Positions 43,058 through 53,183 of a stretch of DNA of 64,000 nucleotides are shown piece after piece; positions within the stretch are counted from its first letter, which is position 1, and the number at the start of each line of letters is the position of its first letter. The notes beneath the pieces are model-generated. The model saw only the letters and a list, made by a program, of their open reading frames with translations. It was not told the origin of the DNA and made no database searches. A program made the position numbers and the translations under genes. The stretch comes from an uncultured Parachlamydiaceae bacterium. GTDB taxonomy: Bacteria > Chlamydiota > Chlamydiia > Chlamydiales > Parachlamydiaceae. The stretch lies in assembly GCA_963752155.1 (NCBI GenBank), contig CAVVXH010000010.1, forward strand, positions 320,001-384,000. Reading direction: 5' to 3'.

Positions 43058-44035
43058 TTAAATAAACTCATCTCCCCATTCAGACTTACGAGCTTGCTTA
43101 TAGATTTCCGGCGACCGCTTAGAAATTGTTTTTTGCATAAGTCCTTCTTTTGTGCAAAGAGATAATATCACATGACCAGATCGTTTAATAGGATGGCGAA
43201 GGATGCGCGATTCTGTTTGTGAACAAGGTGTCTTGGAGACGACAATATAGGAATACTTTTCATCTTCATGACCCAAAGCTCCACCTTTTAGCCGACGATG
43301 TAAAGATGAACGTTCGATTCTTTTCGAAAAATGACACCAATCGCCCTCCGGCATCGGGCACGCTAAAGCATGTGGACAGGGGGCCACAACGTTTGCTCCC
43401 AATTCAATAAGCTGACTGCGCATGGTTCGTATGTTGGCAAAGCCGGCGGGTGTTCCCGGTTCGACGATGACTAAAAACTGCTTCGTTAATTGCCAGGCGG
43501 CATTAATCAGAGGAGATAAAGATGCAGGAGGAAGCTCTCCTGCAGAATAGGAAAGAACGACCAAATCGTGCAATTCAGCGACACGAAGCTGTTCCATATT
43601 TTGAGATGTCCACTTTGCTCGTTGTAATGGTTCTGATTCGCCAGCTGAAGCTAAACGTTTGCCCAAGGCAATCAAGGATGAATCTTTTTCGATCAAGGTG
43701 GCGTCAACAAGTGTGGGAAAGGCTGAACATGCTGCCCATAGAGCTGTCCCAGGACCGGCCCCTAAATCTAGCAAACTTTCAATGGAGGAGAGGTCGTTTA
43801 GCTGAATGCGTCTTTGTAGTTCATCTAAAATAGAATGTAACACCGCATAAGTAGCAGGCATCCTTGCGATGATATATGCACATCGCTCAGCATCTGTTGC
43901 CATAAAAGTCTTTGGCTTTGATAGGGTTTGCTGATAGCGCTCTGTTAGCTCTTCTCGTGCTTGGAGAATATCGTGCCAATGATACTTTTCGGCTTCTAAA
44001 GCGATCGCTTCTTGTAGTTTTTCTGGTAAATGCAT
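43058..44035 (-). CDS. Rsm22 family small-subunit methyltransferase
   Basis: AY..ARMPATY, LLDLGAGPGT, IVEPGTP.GF, VAPCPH..CP...WCHF, DEKYSY. Confidence 0.88.
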   Translation of the reverse strand: MHLPEKLQEAIALEAEKYHWHDILQAREELTERYQQTLSKPKTFMATDAERCAYIIARMPATYAVLHSILDELQRRIQLNDLSSIESLLDLGAGPGTALWAACSAFPTLVDATLIEKDSSLIALGKRLASAGESEPLQRAKWTSQNMEQLRVAELHDLVVLSYSAGELPPASLSPLINAAWQLTKQFLVIVEPGTPAGFANIRTMRSQLIELGANVVAPCPHALACPMPEGDWCHFSKRIERSSLHRRLKGGALGHEDEKYSYIVVSKTPCSQTESRILRHPIKRSGHVILSLCTKEGLMQKTISKRSPEIYKQARKSEWGDEFI

Positions 44036-44043
44036 AATTAACC

Positions 44044-44835
44044 TTATAAGCTGTTTTTTTGATCTCGTTTTTCGAAAATCTGTAGCCAACGTTCCATCTC
44101 TGAAAAAGTAGGATCATTTTCCGTAGCCGGTTCGTTGAAAGGATTCGTAGGTTTTTTTGGAGGCTTTTTTAACTTCATTTCTTTCTTTTGCGATTGACTC
44201 TTTTCTTTTACCCCAAAGGCCTTTTCGTCAGCAGCTTGAAAGTGTGAAAGATAGAAATCAAAACTGCCGGGAACATTTGTTGGATCCTCCTTTGGAGGCA
44301 TTGGAAGTGGAAGGAGTTTAATTTGCGGTTGTTTTACAGGTTTAGATTTTGCAATAATAGGTGATTCAGGAGATTTAGGTTTGATGAGGTTTGGAGTTTC
44401 TTTATGTATTTTTTCTTTCTCCAAAGGTTTAGCTTTTTTCTGATTTTTGTAACGCCGATGGAGCCAATTCATAAAATGATCGATCCCTTGAGCGCTGGCA
44501 TGCTGATGGCGAGCACGCATAGCTAATTCCCTATCATTTGTAACGATGATTTTTTTGGTGGGGTCTCTCGATTCCTTAAGCAGTTGAATGATATAATCGT
44601 CAGCGGAAACACCTTCAGGAGTATACAAAATTTCTAAATGTCCATAATGAGAGCGAGAACCTTCACCAGGGTTAAGGGGGGAGTCAAATACAAGTGAAAG
44701 ATCAAAATCTAAGGCTAAAGACTCAATTTTAGTATTGAGATTTTGGATGATCCATTCTCGCTGAGCTCTTAAGTCCCCGACCCTGGAGCCAACGAGATAA
44801 AAGAGGAGATTGTACCCATCGATATAATAATGCAT
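44044..44835 (-). CDS. NYN domain (YacP/Rae1-like) nuclease
   Basis: IDGYN, LVFD, SADDYI, IVTND.EL. Confidence 0.85.
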   Translation of the reverse strand: MHYYIDGYNLLFYLVGSRVGDLRAQREWIIQNLNTKIESLALDFDLSLVFDSPLNPGEGSRSHYGHLEILYTPEGVSADDYIIQLLKESRDPTKKIIVTNDRELAMRARHQHASAQGIDHFMNWLHRRYKNQKKAKPLEKEKIHKETPNLIKPKSPESPIIAKSKPVKQPQIKLLPLPMPPKEDPTNVPGSFDFYLSHFQAADEKAFGVKEKSQSQKKEMKLKKPPKKPTNPFNEPATENDPTFSEMERWLQIFEKRDQKNSL

Positions 44836-44839
44836 GCAA

Positions 44840-45451
44840 CTAGGATGAACTAGAAGTTTGCATGGCTTCTAGAAATGGGAGTAGCTTTTGAAAAGCTTTC
44901 ATGCGGTGAGAGATTTGATTTTTAACAGATTCCTCAAGCTCTGCAAAAGTTTTATTATATTCGTTTTTCATAAAGATGGAATCATAGCCGAAGCCATTTC
45001 TTCCACGCTCTTCCATCGTGATATACCCTTCACATCGACCTGTGACGTACTTTTTTACTCCAGCTCCCGGTGCAGCTATCACTAGGCAGCATTCATAATA
45101 AGCTGAACGCTTGATTTCGCTCATCTCTTGTAATTCGCGAAGAAGTTTTTGCCTATTTTCGGAATCTGTTGGATTCTCAGATGCATAACGCCTAGAATGA
45201 ACTCCTGGGGCTCCATTTAATATCGGAACAAAAAGTCCCGAATCATCCGCTAAAGTCCATTTGTTAAGGACTTGTGAAGCATGGACAGCCTTTAAAGTAG
45301 CATTTTCAATTAAAGTGTTGCCTGTCTCTTCAATGGCAACATAATTTGGAAAATGCTTTAGTGATAAAAAATCGATATTTTTAAGCAATTTGCACATTTC
45401 GCGAAATTCGCGAATTTTATGCAAATTGCTGCTAGCGATGACAATTTCCAT
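44840..45451 (-). CDS. rdgB: Non-canonical purine NTP pyrophosphatase
   Basis: ASSN.HK..E, ADDSGL, GAPGVHS.RY, GFGYD.IF, KNQISHR. Confidence 0.95.
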   Translation of the reverse strand: MEIVIASSNLHKIREFREMCKLLKNIDFLSLKHFPNYVAIEETGNTLIENATLKAVHASQVLNKWTLADDSGLFVPILNGAPGVHSRRYASENPTDSENRQKLLRELQEMSEIKRSAYYECCLVIAAPGAGVKKYVTGRCEGYITMEERGRNGFGYDSIFMKNEYNKTFAELEESVKNQISHRMKAFQKLLPFLEAMQTSSSS

Positions 45452-45463
45452 ACACCCATACCC

Positions 45464-47644
45464 TTATTCGTCAAAAACATTTTTTAGAGAGACAATCGTG
45501 TATTCTTCATCTCGGAAATTGAATTTTTCATCTTTTTTTAATCCAAGCATCGATTGAACAAGCTTTGATTGAAGTGAAACAATGTTTTTTTCAGTATCGG
45601 CATCCCAGGGACCTAAAATTGTGTAAACGATTGAAGCTTCTTTGCCATCTTGTCGAATTTCAACAATGCTTCCAATGCTGACTTCATCTATTTGAATATC
45701 ATTTTTGGTGATAATGCGGGCATGAGATAACTGTTCGGAAAGTTGTTTTAGCTCCATTTGAAGACGAGAACGTTTTTCTAGAGAAAATTTGTACTCGGAA
45801 TTTTCACGCAAGTCTCCCAAAGCCCTTGCAGCTTCGATTTCACGAGCATTAGCCACCATTTCTGTCGTTCCAAGGTGGCGCACACGTTCTTGCATGTTCA
45901 AGAAACTTTCTTCTGTGGTCCAAATTGTTTGGGAATCACTATGAACATGCCTTTTCTGCGATTTTTCTTTCGCTAACGTAGGATGCACGACAGCAGCCAG
46001 TGAGACCAAAATTTTTTGTTCTGATTCCGTAAAAATCTGACATTTTGAAGCTAGAAGCAAGAATTCGTGAGCAAAATCCAAGCTTGATTTCTCTAACATT
46101 TGGCGCACTAGCGCATAACGTTTACTAGAGATCAATGAATAAATTTTTTTGCAAAGATCTCGTGATTCAGGTTTAAATTCCAGCACATGTAATAAAATAA
46201 GAAGCCCTTCAAACCATTTAAGAACACCCTCTTGAGTGCCAAATGGATATTCCAGACCTTCTTTACTTAGAAGCAGTTGGAAGTACCAGATGAACATTTC
46301 AGGACTTTTTTGAGGAGCTTTTAGCAAAAGCTGAAGCTGTTGCTTAAGTGCCTCAGGATCCTCCTGATTGAGCTCTTTGCAAAGATAATCACGTAAAGAG
46401 TTTTGTTTGTTGGAGAATAGGATCTGGAGGAAGATCTCTTTCCAATCGGCTCTGTGGCTACGTACAAGTTGGAATACTTGCTTTTTAAGAGATTGCAGAT
46501 CGATGGCATCGATGATGGCTTCAAAATTAAGGTTGCTTTGAATGAGCTTCTCGAGTGTTTTTTCAGGAAATTTATGTCCAAGGTAATTTTCTAAAAAGAT
46601 ATGGACTTGCAAGGCTTGTCCTTCATTCAAGGTCGTGTTGGATTGGTCAGCGAGTAGTAACAAGAATTTCTCGAGCAATAATTTTTTTATTTTTTCCCCT
46701 TTTAACACCGCAGGAAAATCTCGGACAAAAATAAAACATGTGGAGATGAAATCTGCCGGTTCTGTTTTAGTTTCTAGCAGTTTAAGAAAGCGATCTTCGT
46801 GGCTGACTTCATTTTTGCGTAGGGAAAACTGATCGCGTACACTTTTTGGAACTTCGATCATCGTGTCTTTCTTGAGCTTTGAGCGAACAGTTTGCCACCA
46901 TTTAGCCCAATCAGCTTCCGGTATGACAAGATCACAAAGTTCATCCTTAATTTCTGAAGAAGTCTTGGGTCCAAGATCTTGGAGTAGAAGTTTCATGACA
47001 GCTAGAGGATTCGCTTTGGCTTCGGCTTCTAAGTTATCTGCATTTCCAAAACGGCGTGAGAGGAAATGTTCATCAGGGAGGGGAACGAGAGCTTTAAAAG
47101 CATTAGCGAGGGAAAGGTGTTTTCGTCCAGAAACATTTTCAAATTCGATAGTGACTTGTTCTCGCAAAAAAGAAATGTCAATGATTTCGCCGGTTCCCCA
47201 TCCTCCGCCATGGAACACAAATTTTCCTGGGGCCATATGAGCTAATAGATCATAATTTGCAAGGGCACCTTGAAAATTTTCATTGGTGCGCATACCTACA
47301 AGGCGTAAGCGTTCCTCATAGTGAGGATCATTGCCATATTTTTGCTGAAGTAAGTTAGAGGTAATAGTATAGAGACGCGGTGAGTTAGTGAGCTGTAGGT
47401 CGATGAGTTGTTTCATGATCAGATAGGAGTCTTCCTTGTTGGAAATCGTTTCCCACATAGGAAGCGCAGTTTCAACAATTTCTCCAAATCGTTTGGCTAG
47501 CTCTGAATTTTTAATCATCATTAAGAGCTGACTTAATTCTTGTACATCTACTTGATCATTTGTACAGTATTCTTCCCAAAGCTGTAGAAATTTTGGAAAA
47601 TCTCGCCGATTGATTTGTATTTGAAAATCTTCTAAATATCCCAT
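45464..47644 (-). CDS. greA: Chlamydial-type long GreA transcription elongation factor
   Basis: C-terminal ARALGDLRENSEY and ILGPWDAD with a long N-terminal extension. Confidence 0.92.
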   Translation of the reverse strand: MGYLEDFQIQINRRDFPKFLQLWEEYCTNDQVDVQELSQLLMMIKNSELAKRFGEIVETALPMWETISNKEDSYLIMKQLIDLQLTNSPRLYTITSNLLQQKYGNDPHYEERLRLVGMRTNENFQGALANYDLLAHMAPGKFVFHGGGWGTGEIIDISFLREQVTIEFENVSGRKHLSLANAFKALVPLPDEHFLSRRFGNADNLEAEAKANPLAVMKLLLQDLGPKTSSEIKDELCDLVIPEADWAKWWQTVRSKLKKDTMIEVPKSVRDQFSLRKNEVSHEDRFLKLLETKTEPADFISTCFIFVRDFPAVLKGEKIKKLLLEKFLLLLADQSNTTLNEGQALQVHIFLENYLGHKFPEKTLEKLIQSNLNFEAIIDAIDLQSLKKQVFQLVRSHRADWKEIFLQILFSNKQNSLRDYLCKELNQEDPEALKQQLQLLLKAPQKSPEMFIWYFQLLLSKEGLEYPFGTQEGVLKWFEGLLILLHVLEFKPESRDLCKKIYSLISSKRYALVRQMLEKSSLDFAHEFLLLASKCQIFTESEQKILVSLAAVVHPTLAKEKSQKRHVHSDSQTIWTTEESFLNMQERVRHLGTTEMVANAREIEAARALGDLRENSEYKFSLEKRSRLQMELKQLSEQLSHARIITKNDIQIDEVSIGSIVEIRQDGKEASIVYTILGPWDADTEKNIVSLQSKLVQSMLGLKKDEKFNFRDEEYTIVSLKNVFDE

Positions 47645-47886
47645 TCATCCGCCTTTATTAATGCTTTTCACAAAATAAGAAAAAATTTACTCTCAGAAGA
47701 ATTGTAGAGTAATTGGTTATCCTCTTGATCAATATGTCTTGAGCCGTTTCGTAAGTCAGAGAGATGGAGATTTTACACTGCATTCGTTCCTAATTGGCTA
47801 GACGCTAATAATGAATGGAGAAGGGCTAACCAGTTATTAGCGTAACAGGTAGAGCCATTGTTTACAACAAATAAGGAGAATGGGAA

Positions 47887-48426
47887 ATGTTTTTTTCAAG
47901 GATTGCCATTTTATGTCTATCAATTGTGATAGGTGGTTTTATTTTGGTAGGTAGTCTAGAAGCAGGTGAAAGCAAGTTAAAGTTAAAGAAAGCTTCGGTT
48001 TTTTTGAATCCTACTCAAGGGAATAGAGTCTTTGGGATCGTGACTTTTGAGGAGGTTGAAGGGGGAGGGGTTCAAATTGTAGGTAATGTGGAAGGATTAA
48101 CACCGGGAAAACACGGATTTCATATTCATGAATTTGGCGATTGCAGTGCTCCGGATGGTTCTTCAACAGGAGGGCACTATAATCCTAATGGGCATTTTCA
48201 TGGGAGTCCGGACCATGCTGAGAGGCACATGGGAGATTTAGGAAATATTGTTGCGGATGATACAGGTCATGGCCATTATGAGCGTTTAGATAAGGTGATC
48301 CAATTGTCAGGGGCCCATTCGGTTATTGGGAGGTCGCTGGTGGTGCACTCTAACGCTGACGATTACACTACGCAGCCTACGGGTAATTCTGGAGGAAGGG
48401 TGGCTTGTGGAGTGATTCTGGAATAG
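47887..48426 (+). CDS. sodC: Periplasmic Cu/Zn superoxide dismutase
   Basis: Signal peptide, HGFHIH, GGHYNP, RHMGDLGN, VVH, GNSGGRVACG. Confidence 0.96.
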   Translation: MFFSRIAILCLSIVIGGFILVGSLEAGESKLKLKKASVFLNPTQGNRVFGIVTFEEVEGGGVQIVGNVEGLTPGKHGFHIHEFGDCSAPDGSSTGGHYNPNGHFHGSPDHAERHMGDLGNIVADDTGHGHYERLDKVIQLSGAHSVIGRSLVVHSNADDYTTQPTGNSGGRVACGVILE

Positions 48427-48428
48427 GT

Positions 48429-48800
48429 AAGGACAGCAAGGACAGCAAGGACAGCAAGGACAGCAAGGACGGCAAGGACGGCAAGGACAGCAAGGACAGC
48501 AAGGACAGCAAGGACAGCAAGGACGACAAGGACAGCAAGGACAGCAAGGACAACAAGGACAGCAAGGACAGCAAGGACAGCAAGGACAGCAAGGACAGCA
48601 AGGACAGCAAGGACAGCAAGGACAGCAAGGACAGCAAGGACAGCAAGGACAGCAAGGACAGCAAGGACAGCAAGGACAGCAAGGACAGCAAGGACGGCAA
48701 GGTAGCTATAATACGTTATCTTGGTAAGTTAGTCCTTGCTTTGTCGTCCTTGTTGTCCTTGTCGTCCTTGCTGTCCTTTCGTCCTTGTTGTCCCTTGCTT
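48429..48800. repeat. Head-to-head 9-bp tandem arrays (AAGGACAGC)x30, spacer, about 7 inverted units
   Basis: 30 units at 48429-48698 and degenerate GCTGTCCTT-type units at 48732-48800, filling the space between convergent sodC and der. Confidence 0.97.
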
Positions 48801-50272
48801 TAAGATTCCTCTTCAGAGTATTCTATTTCTGAAAAATCCTCTTCCTCAATAAATTCTTCATTCTCTTCATCCACCCCTTCAGGTTCTCTTTTTGCATGAG
48901 GATGTTCCCGTTTGGAAGGACCTTCCAGGCCTGGATCATGACATTCCCTTTCAGATCTTTGTTTGATTTTACCTTTCATTTGGATGATAAGAGGGACACC
49001 TAAAAATCCATACGCTTCTCTAAATTGATTGTAGAGATATTTCTTATAGCTTTCCGTCATTAACAGGGGGGAATTGACAAAGAGAACAAACTTTGGAGGC
49101 TGTATAGCCACTTGAGCCATATAGTAAATGCGCAGTCGTTTGCCTTTAAGCATCGGAGGATGATTGCGTTGCATCGCATCGGCAACAAATTTGTTCAGTT
49201 GATGTGTGGTGATTCTCACTTGAGAATCCGCATGCACCTTATTGACGATTTCAAAGATCTTGTCCACATTTCGACCTGTCAAGGCCGACATAAATAATTT
49301 CGGACAATGTTTAAGAAAATTGACTTCTTCCTCAATGCCTTTGAGGCAATGTTCCATTCGGAATCCTTTGACCAGATCCCATTTATTGAAAAGTAAAATA
49401 CATCCTTTTCCGGCATCTTCAATATCATTTGCGATTCTTTTTTCTTGTGCTGTCATTCCTTGCTGAGCATCGAGCATGAGTAGACAAACATCAGCACGTT
49501 CGATAGCTCTTTCAGTACGGATAGCAGCAAATTTATCTACCACTTCATGTTCTGCGTGTTTGCGTCGAATCCCGGCAGTGTCAATGAGCGTATAGTCTAC
49601 TCCTTCATGTGAAAAGGGGATATCGACACTATCTCTTGTTGTTCCTGGGAATGGACTAACGATACATCTTTCATCATCCAAAAGATAATTCACCAAAGAA
49701 GACTTCCCAACATTCGGTCTGCCAACAATCGATAGCTTGATCGTATGATCAATAGGACCTTCCAGGCCCGTAGGTTTATAGTCTTGAAATGCAGCCTCAA
49801 GTAATTCAGCAATATGCCATCCTTGCGTTGCAGAGACTGCAACTATGGGGTTAATGCCAAGTTGTTGGAATTGGTACATTAAGTGTTCTTTCGAGAGCTC
49901 ATCCACTTTATTAACAGCTAAAGTAATTGGTTTTTTCGTCTTCATCAGAATTCGAGCAATTTCGATGTCAAGGGTAGTCACCCCAGTTGTAGAATCGACA
50001 ACCATAATTAAAACATCAGCCTCTTCAATGGCGATTTCAGCTTGCCGTTTGATCTCTTCATTAAAAAGAGCTTTGGAATGGGCATTAATTCCCCCGGTAT
50101 CAATCACTTGAAAAGCGAGACCAAAGAGATCTGCTGAGGCATAAAGTCGATCGCGGGTAACCCCTTCGGCTTCATCGACAATAGCAATTTTTTTTTTACA
50201 AATGCGATTAAATAGGGCTGATTTACCCACATTAGGACGACCAACGATGGCTAATTTCGGTAATTTTGACAT
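48800..50272 (-). CDS. der: Ribosome biogenesis GTPase Der
   Basis: Two GRPNVGKS G-domains, DTGG/DTAG, NKVD/NKWD, KH-like C-terminal domain. Confidence 0.97.
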   Translation of the reverse strand: MSKLPKLAIVGRPNVGKSALFNRICKKKIAIVDEAEGVTRDRLYASADLFGLAFQVIDTGGINAHSKALFNEEIKRQAEIAIEEADVLIMVVDSTTGVTTLDIEIARILMKTKKPITLAVNKVDELSKEHLMYQFQQLGINPIVAVSATQGWHIAELLEAAFQDYKPTGLEGPIDHTIKLSIVGRPNVGKSSLVNYLLDDERCIVSPFPGTTRDSVDIPFSHEGVDYTLIDTAGIRRKHAEHEVVDKFAAIRTERAIERADVCLLMLDAQQGMTAQEKRIANDIEDAGKGCILLFNKWDLVKGFRMEHCLKGIEEEVNFLKHCPKLFMSALTGRNVDKIFEIVNKVHADSQVRITTHQLNKFVADAMQRNHPPMLKGKRLRIYYMAQVAIQPPKFVLFVNSPLLMTESYKKYLYNQFREAYGFLGVPLIIQMKGKIKQRSERECHDPGLEGPSKREHPHAKREPEGVDEENEEFIEEEDFSEIEYSEEES

Positions 50273-50393
50273 AAACAATGACTTTGATTAATGAGTAATT
50301 GAAGTTCAACACTTGCTAAATATTGATAAAACCACTATACTACATTTAGATGTTATTGTCTTTATCTTTTTTCAGCCCCCTGAATTTATAATT

Positions 50394-52268
50394 ATGAATA
50401 GTAATAACCCAACGGATGAAATTACGCTTCTTCCTTTTACAAAGGAAGCCTCCGGTTACAATTGGGAAATGTTACGTAAAGATTTTCCTGCAGCTTTTGC
50501 TGTAGCGTTACTTACTCTCCCGCAAGTGATGGGATACTCTGTACTTGTTGGATTACCCTTATTTTGCGGACTCTTCGCTGCCATTTATTCTTCAGCAATA
50601 GCAGCTTTGTTTGGATCTTCAAGGCATATTGTTGTAGGTCCTAGCAATGCTATGGCAATCTTAGTGCAATCGGGAGCCGCACAAATTTTATTTACCTATT
50701 ATCGAGATCTTCAGGGGGTTGATAGGGAATTTGCTGCATTGCAAATAATTACCTTATTGAGTTTTTTAGTCGGTATTTTTCAAATATTAGTTGCTGTTTG
50801 TAAGTTGGGGAGGCTGACCCAATTTGTAAGTCATTCTGTGATTGTAGGGTATATGGCGGGGACTTCGATTGCCATCGTCATAAGTCAGCTTTTTGCTTTA
50901 TTCGGTATCAATCGTGTGCCAGGTGTCAGTTCGTTCATTGAAAGAGGAATTTATTTTATTACCCATCTGCATGAGATTTATTGGCCAACAGCTACTATTG
51001 GGGTTAGCAGCCTTTTGCTTATTATAGCACTTAAAAAGATTGATAAACGTATTCCAGCTTCTTTGATTGCATTTGCTTTAGCAGGTGGTGTCGTGCATTA
51101 TTTCGGATTAAACGACTATGATGTTATGTCCCTGGATGACTCGAGAAGGACTTTATTGGTTGGTGACATAGCAGCATCGTTTGAAGTCATCCCTATTTTA
51201 CAATGGCCTTTCTTTGATCTAACCATCTTCAATGCAGCCTTGCCGATCGCTTTTGCAGTAGCTATTGTAAGTGTGATGGAAAGCATTTCTGTAGCTAAAT
51301 CGATAGCTGCAAGTACAGGTCAACGTCTTTCTGTCAATCAAGATATCTTTGGAATAGGTTTAGGGAATCTTTTAGGTGCCTTTTTTGCAGGAATTCCTAT
51401 CGCAGGCAGCCCTTCAAGAAGCACTTTAAATTACAGTTACGGGGCTCAAACCCGTTTTGCTGCTATTTTAAGTGCTGTTCTCATAGGCTTGATTCTCTAC
51501 TTTTTTGGGGCATTAGTGGCTCTCATCCCACTTGCTTCGTTGGCGGGACTTTTACTTTATAATGTCAGAAGCATCGTTGATACCAAGCAATTTTTTTTAT
51601 GTGCAAAAGCAACAGGATCAGACGCGTTTGTTTTGTGGTTGACAATGATCTCTTGCTTGCTTTTCAGCTTAGATGTTGCCTTTTACATCGGCATCGTTGT
51701 TTCGATCACTCTGTATCTCAAAAAAGCTGCAATCCCCCAACTTAAAGAATATGAAATTGATGAATTTGGAGAATTGTACCCGATTGATCCAGCAAATCTC
51801 CCATGTTCAACTCGGCAAATTCGAGTGATTAAAGTCGAAGGGGAATTATTTTTTGGAGCAGCAGATCTCTTTCAAACAACTCTGAAGTCAATAGCCGAAG
51901 ACGATACAAGCACTCGGATTATTTTATTGCAACTTAAGAATGCTCGCGATATTGATGCAACAGCCTGCCTAGCTCTCCAGCAGTTGTATGCCTACCTGAA
52001 AGGATCTGGCCGTCACTTGATTGCTTGTGGACTTACTTGGCAAATCTGGGAAGTCCTCAGCGATTCGGGGACGGTAGAAGTAATTGGTAAAGAGAATTTA
52101 TTTGTATTTGATGAACGTCACCCGCACGATTATATGCAGAAAGCCCTTTTACATGCTAAGCGGTTAATTGAAGAAGATTTATCTTTAGATAAGGAAGTCG
52201 AACTCTTTCCAGCCCCTCTTGCTCCTGAAGTTGACCAAGCTTATACTAAGGAGAGCATAGGAAATTAG
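50394..52268 (+). CDS. SulP family anion transporter with STAS domain
   Basis: LPQ...Y, FGSSR..VVGP, LGRL.QFVS.SV..GY, SPSRS, GELFFGAA. Confidence 0.92.
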   Translation: MNSNNPTDEITLLPFTKEASGYNWEMLRKDFPAAFAVALLTLPQVMGYSVLVGLPLFCGLFAAIYSSAIAALFGSSRHIVVGPSNAMAILVQSGAAQILFTYYRDLQGVDREFAALQIITLLSFLVGIFQILVAVCKLGRLTQFVSHSVIVGYMAGTSIAIVISQLFALFGINRVPGVSSFIERGIYFITHLHEIYWPTATIGVSSLLLIIALKKIDKRIPASLIAFALAGGVVHYFGLNDYDVMSLDDSRRTLLVGDIAASFEVIPILQWPFFDLTIFNAALPIAFAVAIVSVMESISVAKSIAASTGQRLSVNQDIFGIGLGNLLGAFFAGIPIAGSPSRSTLNYSYGAQTRFAAILSAVLIGLILYFFGALVALIPLASLAGLLLYNVRSIVDTKQFFLCAKATGSDAFVLWLTMISCLLFSLDVAFYIGIVVSITLYLKKAAIPQLKEYEIDEFGELYPIDPANLPCSTRQIRVIKVEGELFFGAADLFQTTLKSIAEDDTSTRIILLQLKNARDIDATACLALQQLYAYLKGSGRHLIACGLTWQIWEVLSDSGTVEVIGKENLFVFDERHPHDYMQKALLHAKRLIEEDLSLDKEVELFPAPLAPEVDQAYTKESIGN

Positions 52269-52313
52269 AAAATCTGAACTTTCAAGTTCATTTTTTGAAC
52301 GACCAATATCTTT

Positions 52314-52668
52314 CCATTTCTTCCTCCCCCATTTCTCCAAAATATGTGACTTCTAATTAAGTATTTTTGGAGTGCGCGTGGCTTTGCCACCGCAGAACGC
52401 AGCCCCTATACGAGTCATGCCGGTAGACGTTGCCTCCATTAACTCATACTATCGTTGTTACAATTTGAATTCTCCTTTGTTGTAGCGGTTTAGAAAACTT
52501 GCTTGAGTTCTATCGAGGCTACGTCTGCCGGCATGACTCGTATAGAGGCTGCGTTCTGCGGTGGCAAAGCCACGCGCACTCCAAAAATTTTTTGGATGTT
52601 ATGATCAAAGGTGCCTACTTAATTAGAAGTCACATATTTTGGATCCGGAAATGGGGGAGGAAGAATGG
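52314..52668. mobile_element. Three-layer nested inverted repeat (REPIN-like, family C)
   Basis: Outer CCATTTCTTCCTCCCCCATTT, middle TCCAAAATATGTGACTTCTAATTAAGTA, inner TTTTGGAGTGCGCGTGGCTTTGCCACCGCAGAACGCAGCC...GACGTTGCCTC; each is matched by a downstream inverted copy. Confidence 0.85.
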
Positions 52669-52766
52669 CTACTGTGTTTCTCAATGAAAAGCTTGTTTGA
52701 TTGCAAATAATTTCTAGAAAGACTATGACTCAAAATTAGGCGATTCGCTTTTCATGTGAGGTTTCG

Positions 52767-53183
52767 ATGGCTAAAAAAGCAATTGTTATTGTCGATGACG
52801 ATATAGGTGTTTTGCGTAGTTTAAAAGAACAACTAAGAAATAATTTTGGTAATGAATACGATTATGAAACTGTAGACAATGCAGCCGAGGGGATGAAAAT
52901 TATTGACGAATTAGTCAAAGATGGTCTCCAATTAATTCTTATTGTCGATTGGTTAATGCCTGGAATGAAAGGCGATCAAATGCTTATCGAAGTCCACAAG
53001 AAATATCCGGAAATCATTAAAATTATGTTAACTGGACATGCAACGAGAGATTCTATTAACAACGCATTGCTGAATGCAAACTTATTTGCATGCATTTACA
53101 AACCTTGGGAAGAAAAAACTTTAGTCCAGGTCATTAATACTTTTGATCCTAAAATGCCACCGATAGATTCAGAGATTCCATAA
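52767..53183 (+). CDS. Stand-alone response regulator receiver
   Basis: IVDDD, IVDWLMPGMKG (phospho-Asp), MLTG, KPW; no output domain. Confidence 0.93.
   Translation: MAKKAIVIVDDDIGVLRSLKEQLRNNFGNEYDYETVDNAAEGMKIIDELVKDGLQLILIVDWLMPGMKGDQMLIEVHKKYPEIIKIMLTGHATRDSINNALLNANLFACIYKPWEEKTLVQVINTFDPKMPPIDSEIP

Noticed and set aside
47697..47850. Degenerate inverted repeats between greA and sodC
   Set aside because: Short imperfect matches (ACGCTAATAA/TTATTAGCGT) with no second copy in the window; not enough to call.
48377..48803. ORFs reading (KDS)n and (SLL)n
   Set aside because: They are translations of the 9-bp tandem array, overlap sodC, and have no credible start.
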